A stretch of 64,000 nucleotides of DNA from Candidatus Nomurabacteria bacterium. GTDB taxonomy: Bacteria > Patescibacteriota > Minisyncoccia > Phycocordibacterales > UBA9973. Shown here one piece after another: positions 1 to 8,949 of this stretch (position 1 is the first letter of the stretch; every line of letters begins with the position of its first letter). Under the pieces are notes generated by a model, which was not told the DNA's origin, searched no databases, and was given only the letters and a program-made list of their open reading frames with translations. The DNA is taken from positions 10,659 to 74,658 of the forward strand of contig JBAXFQ010000002.1 of NCBI GenBank assembly GCA_037139835.1, written 5' to 3'. The translations under genes and the position numbers were made by a program.

Positions 1-582
1 TTTGAATAGATAGTGGTCTATTCTATATATTTGTTCTTCTTTAAAATATTGTGAAAGTAATGCCTGTAGTTTTTGGGCACTATCTAGGTCGGTGCCAAAT
101 GGCTTTTCTATGAGGATACGGCTCCATCCTAGTTCATCACCACATGGAATGTTTAATTTAACTTCCGCTAAATTTTTAAATATTTGTTCATAAAAAGTAG
201 GTGGGACTGCTAAATAGTAAAGCTTGTTTGCACATACACTCCAGCTATTTTCTATTTCAGTTATGCGTTCGGATAGATTCTTGAATGCTTCTAGGTCTTC
301 GAAGGTTCCAGCCTTGTAAGAAAATAGTTTGAAAAATGATTCGAAATCTTTTTCTGCTATTTCTCCCTCTGAATTCTTCCTGACAGAATTCATTATCAAG
401 TCTTTTAATTCATCATTTGATAATTCTTGTCTCGAGAAGCCTATGATAGCTAGATTGGTCGGTAGCCTTCCATGAGTAAATAAATGCCAAAGAGAGGGGA
501 TTATCTTTTTTGTTGCCAAGTCTCCGGTTATACCAAACAATGTAAATATCGAAGGTATGTTGTTTATTTTTGTTTTAACCAT
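1..582 (-). CDS. zwf: glucose-6-phosphate 1-dehydrogenase, N-terminal part (gene runs off the window start)
   Basis: Reverse-strand translation from ATG (complement of 580-582) gives MVKTKINNIPSIFTLFGITGDLATKKIIPSLWHLF, the G6PD NADP-binding motif (GxxGDLAxKK); further in, ...RILIEKPFGT matches the G6PD EKPFG active-site motif. Not in the ORF track because it is truncated. Confidence 0.8.
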   Translation of the reverse strand, partial: MVKTKINNIPSIFTLFGITGDLATKKIIPSLWHLFTHGRLPTNLAIIGFSRQELSNDELKDLIMNSVRKNSEGEIAEKDFESFFKLFSYKAGTFEDLEAFKNLSERITEIENSWSVCANKLYYLAVPPTFYEQIFKNLAEVKLNIPCGDELGWSRILIEKPFGTDLDSAQKLQALLSQYFKEEQIYRIDHYLFK

Positions 583-685
583 ATTTGAAAATATTTTAAA
601 CTTTAATATATTAAGACCCTAATTATATCAAAATATTATGAATAAAGCATGAAGGGGAAGTATTGTTATATTAGCCATATATAAA

Positions 686-728
686 AATAAACACCCTGAA
701 CAAATAAATTTGTTCAGGGTGTTTTGAA
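686..728 (-). terminator. rho-independent terminator hairpin (14-bp stem ACACCCTGAACAAA/TTTGTTCAGGGTGT) downstream of minus-strand ORF 768..956
   Basis: Perfect inverted repeat followed by a T-rich run on the minus strand. Confidence 0.6.
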
Positions 729-767
729 AGCCTTTTAAAGCCTATTTTGTTTACTTATGCCTTTAAA

Positions 768-956
768 TTAATCTTTTTTGAAGCCTGTAATCTTAGTTCT
801 ACTTTTTCTTAGTTCAATTTTTCTGATTAGAAATTCTATGTTCTTTTCTAATTGATTAATTTTATTGCCCCGTTTAATTATTTTTAGGTAATTAAAAAGA
901 AGAGCTAAGTTTAAAACTGAAATAATGATAATTGAATAAATTAAAAATGTGTTCAT
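768..956 (-). CDS. small hydrophobic hypothetical protein (62 aa)
   Basis: ORF track; single predicted TM segment; has its own terminator. Confidence 0.3.
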   Translation of the reverse strand: MNTFLIYSIIIISVLNLALLFNYLKIIKRGNKINQLEKNIEFLIRKIELRKSRTKITGFKKD

Positions 957-1101
957 TTTATTTTATTTTTTTTGTGTATCTTTGAGACTTCTTTTTTAAA
1001 AGGGAAGTATCATTGATTAATTCTCAACATAAGCATGCTAAAGAACAAGTGTATTATATTTCTATAATACATCAAGACTTTAGTATGAATAGCACTTATT
1101 G

Positions 1102-1677
1102 TCAAGAAATAGATTTTAATTTATCCAACAATTCCTTTAAATCAGCGGCTAGGGGACTAAGGGGCCATTTATTTAAAATGGCGTTTATCATCTTTATATG
1201 TGAATCTATTATCTTTTCCTTCGGAGCGTGGAATTTTTTAAATATTTCTTCACCTTCTTTTTTATAGTCAACAAGTGTCTCAGATACATTGGCTATGATA
1301 TCTGCTGACTTTAATAAGAGGGAATCATGGGAGAAAGTTTTTACATGTTCTAATGCTTCAGCTTTTCTTTCTTTCCAAGACAAAGACTTATCTTGTTCTG
1401 TGACACTAAGGACAAGATTATATACATTCTCTCCGAATCTTTCGACAATCATCTCTTTTGAGACTTTCTTTTCATCAATACTGTCTTCAATAGTATCATG
1501 GAGTATTCCAGCCACTATTACATCCTCTTTTGAACCTGCTGCCGCAAGGATAAGGCCGACTGTGAGTGGGTGGGTGATATAAGGCACATCTTTACCTTTC
1601 CTTTTCTGCTTCTGGTAAATTTCATGAGTTTTAATCGCGAATCTAATCGCATGTTGTATTTTTTGAGTGTATATCAT
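1102..1677 (-). CDS. HD-domain phosphohydrolase, RelA/SpoT-like (p)ppGpp hydrolase (small alarmone hydrolase type)
   Basis: YITHPLTVGLILAAAG...VAGILHDTIEDS matches the HD motifs of the RelA/SpoT N-terminal hydrolase domain. Confidence 0.6.
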   Translation of the reverse strand: MIYTQKIQHAIRFAIKTHEIYQKQKRKGKDVPYITHPLTVGLILAAAGSKEDVIVAGILHDTIEDSIDEKKVSKEMIVERFGENVYNLVLSVTEQDKSLSWKERKAEALEHVKTFSHDSLLLKSADIIANVSETLVDYKKEGEEIFKKFHAPKEKIIDSHIKMINAILNKWPLSPLAADLKELLDKLKSIS

Positions 1678-2053
1678 ATGTATTATTATACTAATTTTTA
1701 ATTTAATAATACTCTTTGAGCTTTAATTGCTGACTAGGCAAAATAAAAAGCGACTAAGAGTTTTAATCAAGCATCGACTTGCTTAATGAAATCTCCCAAT
1801 CGCCTTTGGCAATCAGTCATGATAAGGTATTTGGTTCACCGCAGATTTCCCAGTTTATCTACCTGATTTTACTCAGGAACCTCACATGGTCTACAACTGG
1901 TAGACTACAGTATTGTTTTGAAGAACAACACACATATTATAGCATGGGTATCTATATGTGACAAATTTAGAATTACTATTTAAATTAAGCCTTAAGTGGT
2001 ATAATTTTGTTAGTTTATACTTATCAAGAGAATAGTTAAAATTCAATAGAACT

Positions 2054-3121
2054 ATGAAAAAAGAAATTGAAATAAAAAGTAAATCTTCAAATAGTAATTT
2101 ACATAAGGCAAATAAGGATAAAAAGGATGAGTTTTACACTCAGCTTATTGATATTGAAAAGGAGCTCAAAAACTATAAAGAACAATTTCGTAATAAAGTA
2201 GTATATTGCAATTGTGATGATCCTTTTGAGAGCAATTTCTTTAAATACTTTGCAAATAATTTTAATGCTCTTGGTTTAAAAAGACTTATTGCTACAAGTT
2301 ATAAGCCTTCACCTATTGCTAATACCCAACTAGAACTATTTGGAGATGATAAAACTTTAAAACCAATAAAAGGACGTCCTAAAACAAATGCTAATAAATT
2401 AATTATAAATGAAGTCAAAGATCTTGATGGTGACGGTGCGTTTGATTTGCGTGATGTTGCTGAACAACTTAAGATAAATAAAAATAATGAATGGTCACCA
2501 ATGGAAGGAGATGGAGATTTTAGAAGTGAAGAAAGTATAGAACTGTTAAAACAAGCAGATATTATAGTAACTAACCCTCCTTTTTCATTATTTAGAGAAT
2601 ATATCACACAACTTACAGAATATAATAAAAAATTTTTGATTATTGGAAATACAAATGCTCTAACTTATAAAGAAATTTTTAAATTAGTTAAAGATGACAA
2701 CCTTCGAACTGGTTATACAAATTTTAATGTCGGGATGTTTTTTGAAGTTCCTGATGATTGGCAAAAGTATCATCACATAGATGAGCACGGGAAAAAAATT
2801 GCTCGGGTTTCTACTTCATGTTGGTTTACAAATCTTGAAGTAGAAAAACATAAACAAGATATTATTCTTTATAAAAAATATGATCAAAATATTTATCTTA
2901 AGTATGATAATTATAATGGTATAGAAGTTCCAAAAGTTCAGGAGATACCAATGGATTATAAAGGTATTATGGGAGTACCAATTACTTTTGTTGACAAGTA
3001 TAACCCAGATCAATTTGAGATAATAAAATTTAGAAAAGGAGATGATGAAAAAGATTTATCTATAAATGGAGGGTATCCATATTTTAGAATTTTAATTAAA
3101 AATAAAAAACCACAAAAATAA
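2054..3121 (+). CDS. N6-adenine DNA methyltransferase, EcoRI-methylase family
   Basis: N-terminus LHKANKDKKDEFYTQLIDIEKEL...VVYCNCDDPFESNFFKYFA closely resembles the M.EcoRI N-terminus as I recall it; catalytic NPPF motif (IIVTNPPFSLF); extended -10 TGgTATAAT at ~1994-2002. Confidence 0.8.
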   Translation: MKKEIEIKSKSSNSNLHKANKDKKDEFYTQLIDIEKELKNYKEQFRNKVVYCNCDDPFESNFFKYFANNFNALGLKRLIATSYKPSPIANTQLELFGDDKTLKPIKGRPKTNANKLIINEVKDLDGDGAFDLRDVAEQLKINKNNEWSPMEGDGDFRSEESIELLKQADIIVTNPPFSLFREYITQLTEYNKKFLIIGNTNALTYKEIFKLVKDDNLRTGYTNFNVGMFFEVPDDWQKYHHIDEHGKKIARVSTSCWFTNLEVEKHKQDIILYKKYDQNIYLKYDNYNGIEVPKVQEIPMDYKGIMGVPITFVDKYNPDQFEIIKFRKGDDEKDLSINGGYPYFRILIKNKKPQK

Positions 3122-3122
3122 T

Positions 3123-4226
3123 ATGAAAATAGATTTAAATAAAATAAAAATTGTTGATGTTGTAAAAGATTATAAAGATAGTGCTGAAGAAGGAATATCT
3201 GCTTTTGGTGGTAAGTTAGATATTCGTCCTAAATATCAAAGAGAGTTTGTATATAGTGGAAAGCAAAGAGATGAAGTAATAAAAACTATTAAAAATGGTT
3301 TTCCTCTAAATGTTATGTATTGGGTTAAGAAAGAAGACGGTAATTTCGAAGTACTTGATGGGCAGCAAAGAACCATAAGTATTGCTCAATATGTCAATGG
3401 AGATTTCTCTATCGAATTCAATGGTAGAACTGCAATGTTTCATAATTTAACCAAAGAAGAGCAAAATCAGATTATGAATTATGAACTTATGATTTATCAC
3501 TGCGAAGGAACTGAAAAGGAAAAACTTGATTGGTTCAAAATAATTAATATAGCAGGAGAAAAATTAACAGATCAGGAGCTTAGAAATGCTGTTTATACTG
3601 GACCATGGCTTTCTGATGCAAAATTAAAGTTTAGTAAAACAAATTGTGCTGCATATTTACTATCAAATGATGGTGGACAACTAATAACTGGTTCACCAAT
3701 AAGACAGGAATATTTGGAAACTGCACTATTGTGGATAAATAATGAGGAAATAGAAGATTATATGTCTAAACATCAGCATGATAAAAATGCAGACAAACTA
3801 TGGCAATATTTTCAAAATGTAATTCATTGGATACGAGAAGTTTTTCCTAATTATCGTAAAGAGATGTCGAGTGTTAGTTGGGGTGAGCTTTATAATGCAC
3901 TTAAGGATAAAAAACTTGATTCAAAAAAAATAGAAAAAGAAATTAAAGAATTAATGCAAGAAGAAGATGTAACAAAAAAATCTGGCATTTATCCGTATGT
4001 GCTTACTCGAAAAGAGAGATATCTTTCTATTCGAGCATTTACACCAAACATGAAAAGAGAAGCATACGAAAGACAAGGTGGCATTTGTGTTGCCTGTAAA
4101 AAAGAATTTTCAATTGGAGATATGGAAGCTGATCATATAAAACCATGGCACGAAGGAGGTAGGACTATTGCCGAAAATTGTCAGATGCTTTGCAAAGAAG
4201 ATAATAGAACTAAATCTGGAAAATAG
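3123..4226 (+). CDS. ParB-like DUF262 domain + C-terminal HNH endonuclease (GmrSD-like two-domain nuclease)
   Basis: DUF262 signature DGQQRT (FEVLDGQQRTISIAQY); C-terminal His-Me/HNH motif CVACKKEF...ADHIKPWHEGG...NCQMLCKEDN; start 1 nt after the MTase stop (operon). Confidence 0.75.
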   Translation: MKIDLNKIKIVDVVKDYKDSAEEGISAFGGKLDIRPKYQREFVYSGKQRDEVIKTIKNGFPLNVMYWVKKEDGNFEVLDGQQRTISIAQYVNGDFSIEFNGRTAMFHNLTKEEQNQIMNYELMIYHCEGTEKEKLDWFKIINIAGEKLTDQELRNAVYTGPWLSDAKLKFSKTNCAAYLLSNDGGQLITGSPIRQEYLETALLWINNEEIEDYMSKHQHDKNADKLWQYFQNVIHWIREVFPNYRKEMSSVSWGELYNALKDKKLDSKKIEKEIKELMQEEDVTKKSGIYPYVLTRKERYLSIRAFTPNMKREAYERQGGICVACKKEFSIGDMEADHIKPWHEGGRTIAENCQMLCKEDNRTKSGK

Positions 4227-4260
4227 TATTTATATAAAGATGAATGTTGAATAATAAATT

Positions 4261-4310
4261 CAAAAAATGCCTCATAAGTGAATTATCACTTATGAGGCAT
4301 TTGATATTTA
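4261..4310. terminator. bidirectional rho-independent terminator (14-bp perfect stem ATGCCTCATAAGTG / CACTTATGAGGCAT)
   Basis: Perfect hairpin flanked by an A-run on the left and a T-run on the right, between convergent genes. Confidence 0.75.
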
Positions 4311-4318
4311 AAATTAAA

Positions 4319-4720
4319 TTAATTTTTGCGTTTATCTATTTTTATTGATAATTGCATTTCTTTTACTATAGAGTCCATACTTCTATTTATTTTTTTGATA
4401 TCATAGAGTATTTGATCCTTAGTTTCTACTGTATCCCTTTTTAGGAATTTTGATGTAAATTGCTTTACATCAGGATAAAATGTGGGAATTAAGGAATCGA
4501 CTTTGGTCAATTTAGAATTTTCTAGTGAATATAGACGAGCATCAATTCTCTTGAATTTTTCAACATAGATAACCATTATAATAGATTGGCTAATAGTTAA
4601 AATCAATAATGATAAATAAATTACATCAATAAAAGAAATTTTCATAATTTTTTGGATTATTTTTTGAGCATTATTCGCTATCTTTAATCTAAAACATAAA
4701 AACAGACGAATGCCTTTCAC
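4319..4720 (-). CDS. hypothetical membrane protein (133 aa)
   Basis: ORF track; one hydrophobic segment; no recognisable motif. Confidence 0.3.
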   Translation of the reverse strand: MKGIRLFLCFRLKIANNAQKIIQKIMKISFIDVIYLSLLILTISQSIIMVIYVEKFKRIDARLYSLENSKLTKVDSLIPTFYPDVKQFTSKFLKRDTVETKDQILYDIKKINRSMDSIVKEMQLSIKIDKRKN

Positions 4721-4771
4721 ATAAATGTGAGAGGACTTGATTCGAAGGTAGTCTAAATTATTCGATATCTT

Positions 4772-4800
4772 TTGTCAACAATCAGTTTATGTGTTATACT
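4772..4800 (+). promoter_or_regulatory. near-consensus sigma70-type promoter TTGTCA-N17-TATACT driving the ORF-free island
   Basis: -35 TTGTCA at 4772-4777, 17-nt spacer, -10 TATACT at 4795-4800. Confidence 0.5.
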
Positions 4801-5215
4801 GCGCTCAAGTTGATCTTTCGAGAGAGACCCATAAACCTTAAGGGAATTTAAATTCTTTTAAGAATAAAAATCAATTAACTAACATGGGAAACTATGGAAA
4901 AGCTAAAGTTAAACTAACTCCTCTAACCTTATTGGTTATATACAGGGGTTCAGTCATTACTTGGGCTGAATATGTTGAAATACGAGATTCTTTCTAGAAA
5001 GAATCTTATGTTTTATTTGACTCTACGATAGTAGACGAGACAGCGAGGCGCAAAAAAGCTGACATATAGGAAAGCAAAATCTAGATAACGGTAAGATCAC
5101 ACTACTAGGATTTTGCGGGTCGTGATTAAATAAATTAATTACATTCATATTTTTTTAAAATATAATTATTAATTAATTTTAAAGGCTGCAAAAATGATTT
5201 TTCTTTTTGCAGCAC

Positions 5216-5264
5216 CCGTAACAAAATGTGTATTTTGTCTGACGAGTCGGAAACGACGAAACGG
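5216..5264 (+). ncRNA. hammerhead ribozyme motif (type III topology; predicted cleavage after GUA between 5220 and 5221)
   Basis: Stem III CCGU(5216-5219)/ACGG(5261-5264); H17 = A5220; stem I hairpin ACAAAAU-GUGU-AUUUUGU (5221-5238); core CUGACGA (5239-5245, fits CUGANGA); stem II GUCG-GAAA-CGAC (5246-5257); GAA (5258-5260). Confidence 0.6.
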
Positions 5265-5317
5265 AGGAGGTGAGGCTACCAAAAGATTCTCTTTAAAAAA
5301 GAGATAATAAATTTTTA

Positions 5318-5758
5318 ATGAAAACATATAAAATATTAATATTAGAAGATGACTTTGAGGCTGTGAGTAAAATCATGGCTAAATTGTATGCATTGGAAGG
5401 TAGCTTTCCATCGATGGATTTTGATGTAACGGTTCTTTCTAGTTCAGAGTCTGTAGTGAAGCTCATCAATCCTCAAGATGCAGGTGCCTATGATGTGATA
5501 CTCCTAGATAGAGAGTGCAAGCTAGGTGGCTCTTTCCACGTCCTTGATATTGAAAAGTTTGGTGCCAATAAGATAATATCTATATCTACTACGCAGGCTT
5601 GGAATGAAGAAGCCAGAGCAAGGGGAGTCACAAGAGTCGTACCGAAAGTTTTCAATGATATGGACGCATTTGCTAGAAAATTAATGATAGAGATAAGAGA
5701 AGTCCTAACTGGAAATAATCCTTCACAATATCAAACCCGACGTTCTAGTAGTTTATAA
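5318..5758 (+). CDS. stand-alone response-regulator receiver (CheY-like) domain protein
   Basis: KILILEDDFE... acidic pocket and ...YDVILLDRE (phospho-acceptor Asp context); no output domain; no adjacent histidine kinase. Confidence 0.6.
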   Translation: MKTYKILILEDDFEAVSKIMAKLYALEGSFPSMDFDVTVLSSSESVVKLINPQDAGAYDVILLDRECKLGGSFHVLDIEKFGANKIISISTTQAWNEEARARGVTRVVPKVFNDMDAFARKLMIEIREVLTGNNPSQYQTRRSSSL

Positions 5759-5866
5759 TTATAGTTTTCTCTTTTTTACTGTGAAAATTCTCCCTATGCA
5801 AAAAGGGTTGTACCATTTTTTTTATGAATTAGAATAGCTAGCAGGATTTTTAAATAATGGTCTATT

Positions 5867-6619
5867 ATGTATAATAAACGAATGCATAGCAAAAAAATAA
5901 TTATAATTTTATACTGTATTTTTATTTTGTGTGGCGCCTTGTCTTTGGTTTATATTCCAGATGCATCAAAATATTCTTATGGCTCAATTTTTGCATTGTT
6001 CATAATATCTCTACCTTTGTTTTATACACTTTATTTTAGATTTGGAATAAATACATTCATTAAATTAATTTTTTCTCTATCTTTATTTGCATTGCTCATA
6101 GAATATGTAGGGCTTGTCACAGGTTGGCCGTATGGAGAATTCTTATATACTGGGAATCTCGGTTATAAATTGTTTGGAATACTGCCATGGACTGTCGGAC
6201 TTTCCTGGACACCGCTTGTCGTCGGGTCTGTTGCTATGGTCTATCCTGTCACACAAAGAAAAGTATTACGAATCATATTGCCTGTAATAGTGTTGGTTGT
6301 TTTTGATCTGCTTCTTGATCCAGTAGCTGTTAATTTGGGTATGTGGTCATATTTACATGGTGGGGCATATTACAGCGTGCCTATTCAAAACTTTTTTGGT
6401 TGGATATTTTCTGGTTTGATTGGATCATTAATATGTTTTTATATTTTAAATAAATCTGATAATAAAATTTTTAATTTAGGATATAGTCTTCTTATTAATA
6501 TTATTTTTTGGTCTATCGTAGCTTGGGGTTTAGGATTGTATATACCTTTAATTTTCGGAATTTTTCTTATTATGTGTTTTACTGTGATATACTTTAAAAA
6601 TAATGAAAGATTTTCTTAA
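5867..6619 (+). CDS. polytopic membrane protein, carotenoid-cluster associated (candidate lycopene-cyclase-domain / carotenoid hydratase-like protein)
   Basis: About 7 hydrophobic segments; 3' end overlaps the start of the UbiA-family gene (translational coupling); function inferred from context only. Alternative start ATG 5882 (the 5867 ATG sits inside a TGTATAAT-like -10). Confidence 0.35.
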   Translation: MYNKRMHSKKIIIILYCIFILCGALSLVYIPDASKYSYGSIFALFIISLPLFYTLYFRFGINTFIKLIFSLSLFALLIEYVGLVTGWPYGEFLYTGNLGYKLFGILPWTVGLSWTPLVVGSVAMVYPVTQRKVLRIILPVIVLVVFDLLLDPVAVNLGMWSYLHGGAYYSVPIQNFFGWIFSGLIGSLICFYILNKSDNKIFNLGYSLLINIIFWSIVAWGLGLYIPLIFGIFLIMCFTVIYFKNNERFS

Positions 6620-7433
6620 GATAAGTCGCCCAAGGTTTTGGGTTTATGTAGCGGGACCCTTTTGGCTTTGTGGAGCTATATTTTACCCGTTGGGTGTAAA
6701 TATTACCCCGATGCTCATTTTTTTACTTTACTTTACCTTTCCGGCGAATATTTTAATATATGGAATCAATGATTTATATGATCGTGCAACCGACACTCTC
6801 AATACTAAAAAGACTTCATATGAGCAGGTTTTAGATAAAAAGTATGATAAAAAATTGATCTGGATTATCATACTTACAAATATACCTTTTTTGATTTATG
6901 GTTTTTTTGTTTTGCCAACAGCGTCATTTATATGCCTATTATTATTTGTAGTTTTATCTTGGCAGTATTCTGCAACTCCATTAAGAGCCAAAGCTGTCCC
7001 ATTTTTAGATAGCTTTGTCAGTGGTCTTTTATATATAGTGCCAGCCGGTGTTTCTTGGGCCCTTATTACAAATTCTTATCCACCATTCTTGCCAATGTTG
7101 GCTGGCTTTTTATGGTCTTACTCTATGCATTTGTATTCTGCTGTGCCTGATATCAATGCAGATAAAATGGCAGGTATCCAAACGGGAGCGACACTCTTAG
7201 GTAAAAATACCACGCTTATTTTATGTGGTGTTTTATATGCAGTGTCTTCCTTGATAGCTTATTTTTATATTGGGTTTTTTGCAATTATTGCTGGGTTGGG
7301 ATATTTGTATTTAATATTTATTTCCATCAAAAAAAGTAAACCAGAAGAAGTTCTCGTTATATATAAAATATTTCCATTTTTAAATACATTAGTTGGTGGA
7401 ATTCTTTTCGCGATTCTATTTTTTCTGCATTAA
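6603..7433 (+). CDS. UbiA-family aromatic/isoprenoid prenyltransferase (candidate lycopene elongase-like)
   Basis: UbiA superfamily Asp-rich motif NDLYDRATD and second motif DINAD; polytopic membrane protein; adjacent to crtI/crtB/polyprenyl synthase. Confidence 0.6.
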   Translation: MKDFLKISRPRFWVYVAGPFWLCGAIFYPLGVNITPMLIFLLYFTFPANILIYGINDLYDRATDTLNTKKTSYEQVLDKKYDKKLIWIIILTNIPFLIYGFFVLPTASFICLLLFVVLSWQYSATPLRAKAVPFLDSFVSGLLYIVPAGVSWALITNSYPPFLPMLAGFLWSYSMHLYSAVPDINADKMAGIQTGATLLGKNTTLILCGVLYAVSSLIAYFYIGFFAIIAGLGYLYLIFISIKKSKPEEVLVIYKIFPFLNTLVGGILFAILFFLH

Positions 7434-8945
7434 TTATAGACTCTTTAGAGGATGAACATCTTCATTTTTTGTAATACGTTTATAGACTAATTCTGCTGAG
7501 ATTATGCATATAGGCATACCTATACCTGGGTTTGTACCTGCTCCGACATAAAATAAATTTTTTATTGTTTTATGAATATTGTTTGGTCTAAATAGTGCAG
7601 TTTGATTTATCGTATGAGCAAGACCTAGGGCTGTGCCTTTATAAGCATTGTAGTCTATTTCAAAATTTTTAATAGAATAAGTCTTTTTAAAAATTATTCT
7701 ATCTCTAATATTATTTACACCTGCATAATTTTCAATTTCTGATAATACTTTTTCTGTGTATTCCTTTTCGAAATTATCATCATATGTAAGGCCTGGGGCT
7801 ATAGGTACTAAGACGAACAAATTTTCACAGTCAGCAGGCGCAATATTCTTATCGCTTTTTGATGGAGCACTTATATAAATAGATGGATCATCGGGCCATT
7901 TAGGATTATGAAATATCTGATCAAAGCCTTTACTCCAGTCTTTTGAAAAAATTAAATTATGATGTTCTAAGCTAGGTATTTTATCTTTTATACCTAGATA
8001 AAGTATAAATGCACTAGGGGCAAGCATTCGACTATCCCAATATTTTTCGCTGTGCTCTTGGTATGGTGCTTTTAATAAATGTTGATCAGTGTATGTAATA
8101 TCTGCATTTGAAATAACAATATCAGCGAAAATTTTTTCATCATTGTTTGTCAATCTTATGCCTTTGGCGATGTTATCTTCTACGATAATCTCACTTACTG
8201 GCGAATTTTTCATTATTTTTACGCCATTTTTAATTGCAATTTTTTCCATTGCCTCTGGTAGTTTCCAGACACCTCCATCGGGGTACCATACTCCTAGTCC
8301 AAAATCTACATAATTCATCATGCTATATATACCAGGGCAGTCGCCAGGAGCAGTCCCTAGTAACACCATTTGATATTGCAAGACTTTTTGCAATATCTCA
8401 CTTTTGAAGCGAGACTCGATTATTTGCTTTTGCTTTTTTAGAAGTGGTAATTTCCATCCAACTTTAGCGACACTCCAAGTTAGAAAATCAAAAATAGAAT
8501 TATAATTTTTAAACATGAATTCATTATATGCAATACTGTATTGTAATTTTAATTTATCTAAAAATTTTACCAATACCTGTCCGCTACCTGGTTCTATTTT
8601 TTCAAATGTTTCTTTATTTTTATCTATATCACCAAAAAAATCATAATGTGATTTGTCACTTTTTAGGAAAACACGGTATGAAGGGGACAGCTTTTTTAAA
8701 GTATAATAATCACTGATTTTTTCACCCATAAGTTCAAAGAAATGTTCGAATACTTCAGGCATCATATACCAGCTTGGGCCCATGTCGAAGATAAAACCAT
8801 TTTGTTCAAATACTCTGGCCCGACCACCGACTGATTCATTCTTTTCAACAATCGTTACATCGTAGCCCTTTTTTGCAAGCATACAAGCCGAGGCCAAGCC
8901 TCCGATACCCGCACCAATAATGATTATAGATTCTTTTTTATTCAT
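7434..8945 (-). CDS. crtI: phytoene desaturase family FAD-dependent oxidoreductase (CrtI/CrtN-like)
   Basis: N-terminal FAD fold IIIGAGIGGLASACMLAKKGYDVTIVEKNESVGGRA; ~500 aa, typical of the CrtI family. Confidence 0.8.
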   Translation of the reverse strand: MNKKESIIIIGAGIGGLASACMLAKKGYDVTIVEKNESVGGRARVFEQNGFIFDMGPSWYMMPEVFEHFFELMGEKISDYYTLKKLSPSYRVFLKSDKSHYDFFGDIDKNKETFEKIEPGSGQVLVKFLDKLKLQYSIAYNEFMFKNYNSIFDFLTWSVAKVGWKLPLLKKQKQIIESRFKSEILQKVLQYQMVLLGTAPGDCPGIYSMMNYVDFGLGVWYPDGGVWKLPEAMEKIAIKNGVKIMKNSPVSEIIVEDNIAKGIRLTNNDEKIFADIVISNADITYTDQHLLKAPYQEHSEKYWDSRMLAPSAFILYLGIKDKIPSLEHHNLIFSKDWSKGFDQIFHNPKWPDDPSIYISAPSKSDKNIAPADCENLFVLVPIAPGLTYDDNFEKEYTEKVLSEIENYAGVNNIRDRIIFKKTYSIKNFEIDYNAYKGTALGLAHTINQTALFRPNNIHKTIKNLFYVGAGTNPGIGMPICIISAELVYKRITKNEDVHPLKSL

Positions 8946-8949
8946 AAGA

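Noticed and set aside
1013-1582. ORFs 1013..1267(+) and 1289..1582(+)
   Set aside because: Lie entirely antisense within the HD-domain hydrolase gene (1102..1677, -), which has clear conserved motifs; products are low-complexity. Treated as shadow ORFs.
1779-1961. ORF 1779..1961 (+, 60 aa) in the 375-bp region upstream of the MTase
   Set aside because: No RBS or motif. The region looks like a regulatory or untranslated interval with an extended -10 at ~1994. Possible ncRNA considered, but no recognisable family.
2299-3013. Antisense ORFs 2299..2607(-) and 2816..3013(-) inside the MTase gene
   Set aside because: Opposite-strand shadows of a well-supported CDS; AT-rich codon artefacts.
4721-5317. 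tmRNA, RNase P RNA, SRP RNA or a CRISPR leader/array in the ORF-free island
   Set aside because: Looked for the conserved RNase P P4 strands (AGTCCGG), the tmRNA tRNA-like 3' end (GGTTCGA..CCA) with tag ORF, and the SRP domain IV (GGAAGCAGCC); none present. No short direct repeats with spacers. Only the hammerhead motif is supported.
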